A DNA stretch of 20,000 nucleotides, from the IMG/VR virus record IMGVR_UViG_3300022555_000016; one strand, 5' to 3'. The DNA comes from an uncultured virus (IMG/VR IMGVR_UViG_3300022555_000016) (Duplodnaviria > Heunggongvirae > Uroviricota > Caudoviricetes). Under the pieces are notes generated by a model. The model was not told the origin of the DNA. It made no database searches and was given only the letters and a program-made list of their open reading frames with translations. Within the stretch, counting starts at the first letter, position 1; every line of letters begins with the position of its first letter. Of this stretch, positions 8,294 through 15,240 are shown piece after piece. The position numbers and the translations under genes are program-made.

Positions 8294-8469
8294 TACAACC
8301 ACCTTTTTATAAGAAGTCTACAGGTCAGGCGACATCTTCTATATATCTTACCAGCCAACACAGTGTCTGCAACACGACGAGGCCATTCTGTATCACAGGT
8401 ATTGGTGTCGGCAATAGTTTCAAGAGCTTGGCGACAACGATCTCGTGCTGCACACAAACCTTCTATCAC
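8293..8469 (-). CDS. Small hypothetical protein (58 aa, not in the ORF track)
   Basis: GTG start, VIEGLCAARDRCRQALETIADTNTCDTEWPRRVADTVLAGKIYRRCRLTCRLLIKRWL*; fills the gap and its TAA overlaps the next ATG. Confidence 0.5.
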   Translation of the reverse strand: MIEGLCAARDRCRQALETIADTNTCDTEWPRRVADTVLAGKIYRRCRLTCRLLIKRWL

Positions 8470-8481
8470 TGCGTGAGAGGC

Positions 8482-8742
8482 TTACCTTTTGGGCCAAAAA
8501 TCTTTCCACACAACTTTAAAAGTTGAAACCTCAACAATCTGTGCAAAGGCACAATCTGGAAAATGTAGCTTCTTGCGATAGTCCTCAACAAACGTTAAAG
8601 CTGACTGAAAATCAGCAAACTTGCCACGAAAAGAGCCCCAACCCCACAAACTAGTGTCGGGGCTATCTTCATAACCACCAACAAACACTAAATATTGGTA
8701 TAGCATGTTACAAACTCCACACCTGAGATCAAGAGTAGACAC
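8482..8742 (-). CDS. Hypothetical protein (true start may be the internal MLYQYL)
   Basis: YLVFVGGYEDSP...GWGSFRGKF...AQIVEV, a typical small phage protein. Confidence 0.65.
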   Translation of the reverse strand: MSTLDLRCGVCNMLYQYLVFVGGYEDSPDTSLWGWGSFRGKFADFQSALTFVEDYRKKLHFPDCAFAQIVEVSTFKVVWKDFWPKR

Positions 8743-8782
8743 TGCTGATCTCTTGATCTCAGGTTTGTTAAACTAGGTTATG

Positions 8783-9205
8783 TCAAGTCAGGTCTTGGAT
8801 TTTCCAGCCTGTGGAAACCAAGGTGCGAATTAGAGATTCTTTATTGCTCACCAACTGAGCTTCAAGCAACTGAGGGCAGCTATCAAAGTCATCCTCGTCG
8901 TCGTCATATAGAGAAATGAGGTCATCCTGAGCGGCGATCATTTCAGAGTTTATAGAGGACGGACCTCTAAACAAAGTTTTGACTAGCAAGGTGTTTGTTG
9001 CCAAGTCAAACGTATCCGGGTAGATGGAGAACTTAAGATCGTTAATAATAACGTCGATTCCTAGTTGTTCTCCTGACATGAGCCAGCCAGGCAAGTCCAC
9101 TTCCTTAGACAGAAGTTCAAAGGAAGGGTTCCTATTTTTCTTGATGTCCTTCCTATTGGCAAAGAAGACCAAAGGTAGAGACAAGAGGCAGTGTACGTTA
9201 GACAT
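8783..9205 (-). CDS. Hypothetical protein with acidic patch
   Basis: AAGGA SD, own promoter upstream, YDDDEDDFDS stretch. Confidence 0.7.
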   Translation of the reverse strand: MSNVHCLLSLPLVFFANRKDIKKNRNPSFELLSKEVDLPGWLMSGEQLGIDVIINDLKFSIYPDTFDLATNTLLVKTLFRGPSSINSEMIAAQDDLISLYDDDEDDFDSCPQLLEAQLVSNKESLIRTLVSTGWKIQDLT

Positions 9206-9243
9206 AGGTTATATTTCCTTGCAGTGTTTTGTTGAAGGTCCTG

Positions 9244-9272
9244 ATCATGACAGAACAAAAACCGAATGTCAA
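9244..9272 (-). promoter_or_regulatory. Sigma70-like promoter
   Basis: TTGACA (9272-9267), 17 nt spacer, CATGAT (9249-9244) with extended -10 TG. Confidence 0.7.
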
Positions 9273-9280
9273 GGGGAAAA

Positions 9281-9523
9281 TTAACACTGACTGAGTTGTC
9301 TTTTTTCAAGAGGTAGAGAACGGACAAAACGCTTGATATCTGAGCGCCAGTTCTGGATTCCCAACCGATCTGACGGAGTTCCTGCTAGGGGAAACTTACG
9401 ACCGGCGACAATTAAGTGAGTATGCTTTCCTCCATCTTTTAGATCGTAAGGAATATTGTGCTGAGACAATATCTTCTCAGCTTCACGAACTCTTTCCCGT
9501 TCGTGCTTATTAAGAACAATCAT
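9281..9523 (-). CDS. HicA-like (dsRBD-fold) protein
   Basis: 80 aa, basic; DLKDGGKHTHLIV...FPLAGTPSD...NWRSDIKR matches the G(S/K)H and TPSD pattern of HicA-like phage proteins. Confidence 0.6.
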   Translation of the reverse strand: MIVLNKHERERVREAEKILSQHNIPYDLKDGGKHTHLIVAGRKFPLAGTPSDRLGIQNWRSDIKRFVRSLPLEKRQLSQC

Positions 9524-9571
9524 GATAAAACCTTAGTAAAGCAATTAAAGAAATAACTTATCTTGGTAGAC

Positions 9572-9600
9572 AGTTTACCAGACTTAAAAACGAAAGTCAA
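9572..9600 (-). promoter_or_regulatory. Sigma70-like promoter
   Basis: TTGACT (9600-9595), 17 nt spacer, TAAACT (9577-9572) with extended -10 TG; AT-rich upstream element. Confidence 0.7.
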
Positions 9601-9614
9601 GAGAAATTTTTCAC

Positions 9615-9659
9615 AAAAAATAAACCTAGTAGACTCTATTAACTAGAGTCTACTAGGTT
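9615..9659 (-). terminator. Rho-independent terminator after the BRO gene
   Basis: Perfect 16-bp stem (9623-9638 / 9644-9659), 5-nt loop, followed by TATTTTTT on the minus strand. Confidence 0.85.
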
Positions 9660-9673
9660 GTTAATGAGAAAAG

Positions 9674-10741
9674 TCATGGCTTACTTGGCTTACGCTTCGA
9701 GTTAATGTCAACTACGTTAGGAGAAGCAAACTTCTTAACTTTTGGTTTAGTAGTTAACTTCTTCAACTCAGTCTTAATTGTTGCCAACTCTGTACGGTAT
9801 CCCTGCATCAAAGCATCAACTTCTGTCTTAAAGGTCTCATGCTTCTCGGTCAAAACGTTGATTCTCAGTCGTAGATGAGAGTTGGCAGATTGTAACTTAC
9901 CAAAATCAACAGCTAACTTAAGACAAACATCTAGGTTTGAACGAGTCATAGTCACAGTCTGGTTTAGATCGTTTGCTAAATCAGCCACCTTAGCAGGAAT
10001 TGGAGCAGAGAGTTTCTTGACACGTAGCCCCAACTTTTTAGTTCTAGCGGCTGACTTAGCTACATCGTCCACACAGGTCTCTGTGTCAATTACTGCGTTC
10101 GCTACTTGCTCAGCCACAGAAGTCTTAATCTTTGAAGTTACTTCTGGAGTTAGTTTGTTGAGAAGCTTCATCAGCGTAGGCTCTTGTTCGGCAAGAACCG
10201 TCTTAATTACATCCTGAACATCTCCCATAGTCATGTAGCGAGGGTACGGCTCAACCTCCTTTGAGTTTGAGTAGGGAGGATGCCACATGTCCTGACGAGG
10301 TGGATTGTTAGCGGCGTCAAACTTACCAATTTTACGGATAGAAGGAAGGACGGTTCCTGTAACCCACTTACGAAACTTGTGCGGCGTCGTACCTGCCGTA
10401 GTAGCTAGACGACAACGGAGCGTTAAACTATAGAACCCTGATTCGTTAATCAAAGTAACCAGTTTAGCACCACTTACCAGACCCTCCGTTGAACCGAGGG
10501 TCGAGGCCAACCCATTGATTTTGCTCATTATATCCTGAAATCCAGGCTCACCGTACTTAACTAGTGAATGCTCATCCTCGTCTAGTTGGTTCTTAGCACT
10601 ACTGGGATTCTTGATGCCTAGGAACTTGCACACGTCAACCAACTTAAACCAAGGTTCATCATTCTTAATAAAGACGATTAGTGGGTTACCAGCAAAGTCA
10701 AACGTCTGCTTGTCGTACACGGTAGTAGCCTTACTAGTCAT
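9674..10741 (-). CDS. BRO-N domain protein (antirepressor-like) with C-terminal coiled coil
   Basis: EPWFKLVDVCKFLGIKNP, LINESGFYSLTLRCR and FRKWVTGTVLPSIRKIG are BRO-N signatures. Start at ATG 10741, downstream of the promoter. Confidence 0.9.
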   Translation of the reverse strand: MTSKATTVYDKQTFDFAGNPLIVFIKNDEPWFKLVDVCKFLGIKNPSSAKNQLDEDEHSLVKYGEPGFQDIMSKINGLASTLGSTEGLVSGAKLVTLINESGFYSLTLRCRLATTAGTTPHKFRKWVTGTVLPSIRKIGKFDAANNPPRQDMWHPPYSNSKEVEPYPRYMTMGDVQDVIKTVLAEQEPTLMKLLNKLTPEVTSKIKTSVAEQVANAVIDTETCVDDVAKSAARTKKLGLRVKKLSAPIPAKVADLANDLNQTVTMTRSNLDVCLKLAVDFGKLQSANSHLRLRINVLTEKHETFKTEVDALMQGYRTELATIKTELKKLTTKPKVKKFASPNVVDINSKRKPSKP

Positions 10742-10796
10742 AGTGAACAACCCTTTCTCAAGGGAGGTCAAGCTGATTCCTGACCTACCGACTATG

Positions 10797-10825
10797 ACCC
10801 TACACCCTTCCGAATCCTTTGTCAA
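10797..10825 (-). promoter_or_regulatory. Sigma70-like promoter of the BRO gene
   Basis: TTGACA (10825-10820), 17 nt spacer, TAGGGT (10802-10797); AT-rich upstream. Confidence 0.6.
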
Positions 10826-10906
10826 GAAAAATCTAAAATTTTTGTTAATAAGAAAATTTGTCAAGCAAAATCAAAGGTTTGTCTGTCTATGAGAGTTTGA
10901 TGAATC

Positions 10907-10944
10907 AAAAAACCCAGTAAACTCTAGTTAAAGAGTTTACTGGG
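10907..10944 (-). terminator. Rho-independent terminator after the glycosyltransferase-like gene
   Basis: 13-bp perfect stem (10913-10925 / 10932-10944) followed by TTTTTT on the minus strand. Confidence 0.85.
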
Positions 10945-10984
10945 CTTAAGAGCTACTAAACTACTTAGACAAGCAGACAGCGGT

Positions 10985-12031
10985 CTAGTCCTCTAAACTG
11001 TCTTCATTCCTACTACGGAAGTATTTACGTAGAAGGTCACGTAAGGTTATATTGTTTCCAGATAGTACGGGGAGACCTTGCCAATCGTCTACTAAGTCTA
11101 CATCAGGATCAAACTTTGAATCAACGATTACGCTTCTACGAGAAACATAGCCTCGATGCTTCTTAGAACCATGATGGTTGTGTGCTATAGTACCGGAAAT
11201 ATAGCCTATGTTCTTACGAACGTACTGGCTACATAGCTGTACAAACCTAGACAAGCGGCGACGATAACCTGGAGTAATAGTGTCTGGATCAATGAAGTCT
11301 ACTGAAGAATGATCTAAATTTAACAAACCTGCAAAGGAGAGTGCCATGACATAGTCTGCTGCTCCAGTAACACACCAGTCTAAAATGCCAATCTTGTCGT
11401 AAATCTCTTTACGAATTGCCCAGGCGTAGCCATAATGACTCTTAGGAGCTTTAAAGCTATGACCGTAGTCAGCGTTAGGTACTTCCCGAAAGTCCCCGTC
11501 TACCCACGCCGCACAGAATGACTTATCTACGGTAGAACCATGCTCATTTTGAATAATCTCTCCTTTTGCGGAAAGATCAACTGAATTGGACCAAGGTTGC
11601 ACGACTGCGTAGTGCTGTAAAGCAGCAATCGTTTTACTAGCCCACTGAGCGTCAAGAAATGTCAAGTCAGCATCAATCCAAGCAATGTACTTAGCATCAT
11701 GAGGGACAGCACGACTAATTCCTACTTTAATTAAAGCCTCTTTTAACCAAGTCTCATGGCGTTCATCACCACGCAGTTGGACATGGAAAGGATTAGCAGC
11801 GTCAGTTACTTCCCACGGACGATTACCGAAAGCGTGCTCTACACGAATAACTTGAACGTTAGGTGTAGACTCCAAACGCTCAACACATTGGAGAAATAGA
11901 GGAACACGACTTTTCCAACCAACGGGATTAGACAACACGGCGATACAGTAAAGTGTGTTTTCTGGGTCTAAACCGCTACGTGGGTCTTTAGGATGACTAT
12001 AGTGTAAACCAACATTAAGTTTGTTTGACAT
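10985..12031 (-). CDS. GT-A fold glycosyltransferase-like protein
   Basis: WLKEALIKVGI, YIAWIDADLTF (DxD), VVQPWS, GYAWAIR, GAADYVMA and late HNHHG. Start at ATG 12031 behind AGAAGG. Confidence 0.7.
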   Translation of the reverse strand: MSNKLNVGLHYSHPKDPRSGLDPENTLYCIAVLSNPVGWKSRVPLFLQCVERLESTPNVQVIRVEHAFGNRPWEVTDAANPFHVQLRGDERHETWLKEALIKVGISRAVPHDAKYIAWIDADLTFLDAQWASKTIAALQHYAVVQPWSNSVDLSAKGEIIQNEHGSTVDKSFCAAWVDGDFREVPNADYGHSFKAPKSHYGYAWAIRKEIYDKIGILDWCVTGAADYVMALSFAGLLNLDHSSVDFIDPDTITPGYRRRLSRFVQLCSQYVRKNIGYISGTIAHNHHGSKKHRGYVSRRSVIVDSKFDPDVDLVDDWQGLPVLSGNNITLRDLLRKYFRSRNEDSLED

Positions 12032-12170
12032 TTCTTGAAACCTTCTTAAAATTATTAACCTCAGCCCTACGATCAAAATTAAGAACCAATAGTAGTTTTT
12101 AAAGACGTTGTTACAAAACGACACAATTTTTCTTAGTTTTACCACAATTTTGTAACATTACTACCAGGCG

Positions 12171-12205
12171 TAAAAAGAGTCCAGTAGCACGAAAACTACT
12201 GGACT
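12171..12205 (-). terminator. Terminator hairpin after the second endonuclease VII gene
   Basis: agtccagtag (12178-12187) / ctactggact (12196-12205), followed by CTTTTT on the minus strand. Confidence 0.75.
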
Positions 12206-12245
12206 TCAAGGACACATTGACTGGAAGATAGCTAGTAACACTAAA

Positions 12246-13259
12246 CTAAGTTTGTTCTCTAAGTTTTGCAGCGTTTAAGTAGTCAATGGCACGTCTGATT
12301 AGTTTAGTCTTGTCTCTAAACTCACCTAACGCTACATTGCATGTGCGACAAGCGTAGCCTCTAATTAAACCTGTAGTGTGGCAATGTTCAATTTCAAGGT
12401 AAGGAACGTCATTACCACAGATAGCGCAAGTGCAGTAAGTAGATGATACTTTATCAAGTAACTTTCTTAAGTACCTACCATGAGCTGCGTTGTTTTTACC
12501 TTTAAAACCATTCAAAACCGTATGGATCATTAGCCTAACCCTAATGGAAAACTTAACGTTCTCTATTACAATTACAGCAATTTTAGACCTTGAAAAGTTA
12601 AGCAGCTTACTAATAGTTTTAGTTGACTTGCCAGATTCCCATAAACCTATTACTTTTTTAGCAAAGTCTATTTTAATAGCTCTACGTGTAGCACTTCCCT
12701 TATCAATACTCTCCTTAAGAGGAGATGCTCTTTTTAAGATATTATTAGGAATACTGTTTTTAGTAAGAGCCTTGCTAACAGTATTCACAGAAATATTAAA
12801 TTTTGCTCCAACTTCAGCCTTGGTAACATTAGGTTCAGAAAGATAAGCTTTACAGATTTGTTTTTCCAGCTTACCTGTCAACTTCCTAGAATTTGGCCTA
12901 CCTGCGGCGTTAACTAGTCTAATAACTATACCGTTTTCTTCTAAGACTTTCCTTATGGTATGCTTGCTTACCCCGTAGTCTTTAGCAAGTTTAACCAAGT
13001 TTTGTAATTTAATATAGTCTTTTGCTATGGCGGCTTCCTCCGCCTCAGAAAAAACATGCCTACCATTAACCATAGGACGTGTAAACTCTTTTTTACGATC
13101 TTTCCTAAACTGCCTACGCTTAACTACCCTTACGCCGTGCTTTGCCCGCACTTTGCGTACAATATAACCACTAACATTACAAATCTTACCTGCTTCTTTT
13201 AAGTTAAAGCAAGAATTATAGGCGTTTATTATAAGAAGCTCATCTTCTTTGGACAACAT
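12246..13259 (-). CDS. Endonuclease VII-domain (His-Me finger) protein with four N-terminal HTH-like repeats
   Basis: C-terminal CAICG...IEHCHTTGLIRGYACRTCNVALG...AIDYL; repeats such as LVKLAKDYGVSKHTIRKVL and AEVGAKFNISVNTVSKAL. Confidence 0.88.
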   Translation of the reverse strand: MLSKEDELLIINAYNSCFNLKEAGKICNVSGYIVRKVRAKHGVRVVKRRQFRKDRKKEFTRPMVNGRHVFSEAEEAAIAKDYIKLQNLVKLAKDYGVSKHTIRKVLEENGIVIRLVNAAGRPNSRKLTGKLEKQICKAYLSEPNVTKAEVGAKFNISVNTVSKALTKNSIPNNILKRASPLKESIDKGSATRRAIKIDFAKKVIGLWESGKSTKTISKLLNFSRSKIAVIVIENVKFSIRVRLMIHTVLNGFKGKNNAAHGRYLRKLLDKVSSTYCTCAICGNDVPYLEIEHCHTTGLIRGYACRTCNVALGEFRDKTKLIRRAIDYLNAAKLREQT

Positions 13260-13287
13260 GTGTAAATCCTTTATACTTAAGGTTAAA

Positions 13288-13989
13288 CTAAAGCGGATAC
13301 TTTAAGTAAAGTATCGCCGATTCCATATAGTCAGTATTGTCTTTAAGCAGCCCTAATCCCGAGTTGCAACAGTAACATAAGTAACCTCTAATAGCACCAC
13401 TTACGTGGCAATGATCTATAGTTAAAGATTCTACTTCTCCACAAATGTCACACGCTCTAGGTTTAATGTCTAGCATACGTCTTAAGTACTCCTTACTAGA
13501 TTCATAACTGGTACCTAATAAATTTGTTGTAACGTAAGTTATTAGGCTTTCAATCTTCTTAGAGAAGTGCCTATTTTCACAAATGTAGTCTGCTACGTTA
13601 TATATAGGCTTCCTAATGTTAGCAGAAATAGTGTCAATATTAACACCTTCATCCCACATAGTTAGTATACTATTAAACGTATCTTTATGCTTACGGACTC
13701 TTTCTTTTAAAGCTTCCTCAGAATTAGCGTGTTTTATAGATTCTTCATGTATAGCTTTACGTTTATTACGTTGAAATTCCGTATTAGTAGGTATTCCAAA
13801 GGAATTTAAAATTCTACTAACTGTAGTACAACCAACATTATATTTAATGGCTAAAGAACTAATGTTAGCGGAGGGAGTTTCATACTCACGACATAAGGCT
13901 ACTTTTTGCTCATAAGATAAAAAGGTTTTAGACTTACTTTTAATAATTGAAGTGTCTAAACAAAAATCTATATCATGTTTCTTAAGCAC
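13288..13989 (-). CDS. Endonuclease VII-domain protein with HTH repeats (main part; N-terminus lies in the upstream frame)
   Basis: CDICG...IDHCHVSGAIRGYLCYCCNSGLGLLKDN...AILYL; HTH ISSLAIKYNVGCTTVSRIL. Confidence 0.88.
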   Translation of the reverse strand: MLKKHDIDFCLDTSIIKSKSKTFLSYEQKVALCREYETPSANISSLAIKYNVGCTTVSRILNSFGIPTNTEFQRNKRKAIHEESIKHANSEEALKERVRKHKDTFNSILTMWDEGVNIDTISANIRKPIYNVADYICENRHFSKKIESLITYVTTNLLGTSYESSKEYLRRMLDIKPRACDICGEVESLTIDHCHVSGAIRGYLCYCCNSGLGLLKDNTDYMESAILYLKYPL

Positions 13990-14096
13990 TTTTTAATCTT
14001 ATAAACTGTAGTACTAAACCTAACAGCCGTGCCATTTAAGTTTGAACTTTTGGTATAGAAATCGACAATGGTTAATTCTTGCTCTTGAGTAAACAT
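13968..14096 (-). pseudogene. Frameshifted N-terminal HTH of the endonuclease VII gene
   Basis: GAAGGA SD, then MFTQEQELTIVDFYTKSSNLNGTAVRFSTTVYKIKK..., which aligns with the paralog's MLSKEDELLIINAY...IVRKV. One extra A in the run at 13990-13994 joins it to VLKKHDIDF. Confidence 0.75.
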
Positions 14097-14115
14097 AACT
14101 AAAATCCTTCTAGGT

Positions 14116-14529
14116 TTACAGTTTGCGTTGAAGTTCAATGAACGCTAGAATCTCTTTAACGGAGGAGGAACCTACTGTAGCAATGAAACAATTCTTGGTC
14201 CACATGCAAGGGATTCGACTCTTTAGGTCAGGAAACTTGGACCGTAGAATCCTAGCTGAACCATCTTTGATCTTATCAACTATAGACATAATAGTTACGG
14301 TTGGGGGTATGTCTACTACTACGTGAACATGGTCGTCTGTAATCTCCACTCCCAATAACACGTAACCAAACTCTACTTGTTTGTCTCTAATGAATCCCTT
14401 TAATACTGTAGAAATACCGTCAACCAAGACATGACGACGATACTTGGGGCAGAACACTATGTGGTACTGACAGGAGAAAACCTTGTTGTTTTCCTTACGG
14501 TAGGCTTTCTTGGGAGGCTTTACCAACAT
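14116..14529 (-). CDS. tnpA: IS200/IS605 Y1 (HUH) transposase TnpA homolog, catalytic Tyr replaced by Phe
   Basis: YHIVFCPKYRR, DHVH (HUH), IPP, KDGSARILR and MWTKNCFIATVG. C-terminal helix reads ILAFIELQ where the family has YIxxQ. Confidence 0.9.
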   Translation of the reverse strand: MLVKPPKKAYRKENNKVFSCQYHIVFCPKYRRHVLVDGISTVLKGFIRDKQVEFGYVLLGVEITDDHVHVVVDIPPTVTIMSIVDKIKDGSARILRSKFPDLKSRIPCMWTKNCFIATVGSSSVKEILAFIELQRKL

Positions 14530-14639
14530 TTTAGAATATTCCTTATAAGTAGACTCTTAGTTTAACATAGCTCCTATCTTAAAATTAGATTATTACCAAA
14601 TTTTAAAGGCTGATAGTAAAAGAAAATTTTACTCTCGTA

Positions 14640-14678
14640 AAAAGACAAAAGCCTTAGGAGATTATCTCCTAAGGCTTT
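14640..14678 (-). terminator. Palindromic hairpin/terminator after hfq
   Basis: aaagccttaggaga-tta-tctcctaaggcttt (14648-14678), followed by TGTCTTTTT on the minus strand. Confidence 0.8.
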
Positions 14679-14748
14679 AAGATCACATTGACTGAGTCAT
14701 AGTAGATAAACTGATGATAGTAAGTTACTAGAGAAGTTGAATAACGTC

Positions 14749-14949
14749 TCAGTTACTCGCGCTACACGGTAGTACTGTCGATACAGCTTGGATGAATACT
14801 ATTTGCTCAATACCTCTCCCAAATAGCTTGATAACTTTAGCATCAAATGCGGTGATCTGACCTTGAAGCTTAATTCCACTATTTAGGAAGATTGTGACTT
14901 CGGCTCTACGAGCTACCAAATCAGACAGAAAATCTTCTTGTACAGACAT
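14749..14949 (-). CDS. hfq: Hfq/Sm-like RNA chaperone homolog (66 aa)
   Basis: VQEDFL...VTIFLNSGIKLQGQITAFD...QIVFIQAVSTVLP aligns over the whole Sm1/Sm2 core of Hfq (LQDPFL...VSIYLVNGIKLQGQIESFD...QMVYKHAISTVVP). Start at ATG 14949 behind AAAGGGA. Confidence 0.92.
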   Translation of the reverse strand: MSVQEDFLSDLVARRAEVTIFLNSGIKLQGQITAFDAKVIKLFGRGIEQIVFIQAVSTVLPCSASN

Positions 14950-15174
14950 GTTAATAAGTCCCTTTATTATGAGGCACTTTTTCAAAAGTGACCTTCTTTG
15001 TTGAAAATAGATAAAATTTTAGTCATTATAGCAAACAACCAAACCCACACCCTTAAACTAAAATTAGGATTATTAAAAATATCTATTATAGTTAACTTAT
15101 AATTTAACGGTACGTATAGCTACTTAGTCATTAAAATCAAGGCATTATAGGCAGATAAACATAGTAGAATTTAG

Positions 15175-15217
15175 ACAAAAAGAAACCCTGTTGGACAATT
15201 AAGCCCAACAGGGTTTC
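15175..15217 (-). terminator. Rho-independent terminator after nrdJ
   Basis: 13-bp stem gaaaccctgttgg (15182-15194) / ccaacagggtttc (15205-15217), followed by a T run on the minus strand. Confidence 0.85.
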
Positions 15218-15240
15218 AGGTTTACAGAGTCAAAGTCAAG

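Noticed and set aside
9061..9327. 88-aa minus-strand ORF
   Set aside because: Overlaps two better-supported genes and spans a clear promoter.
10742..12145. Longer N-terminal extensions in the ORF track for BRO (to 10864) and the glycosyltransferase (to 12145)
   Set aside because: The extensions cross promoter or AT-rich intergenic DNA; downstream ATGs have better SD sequences.
5499..14529. tnpA and the solo tnpB forming one IS605 element
   Set aside because: They are about 7 kb apart, separated by ordinary phage genes, promoters and terminators, with no matching IS ends seen.
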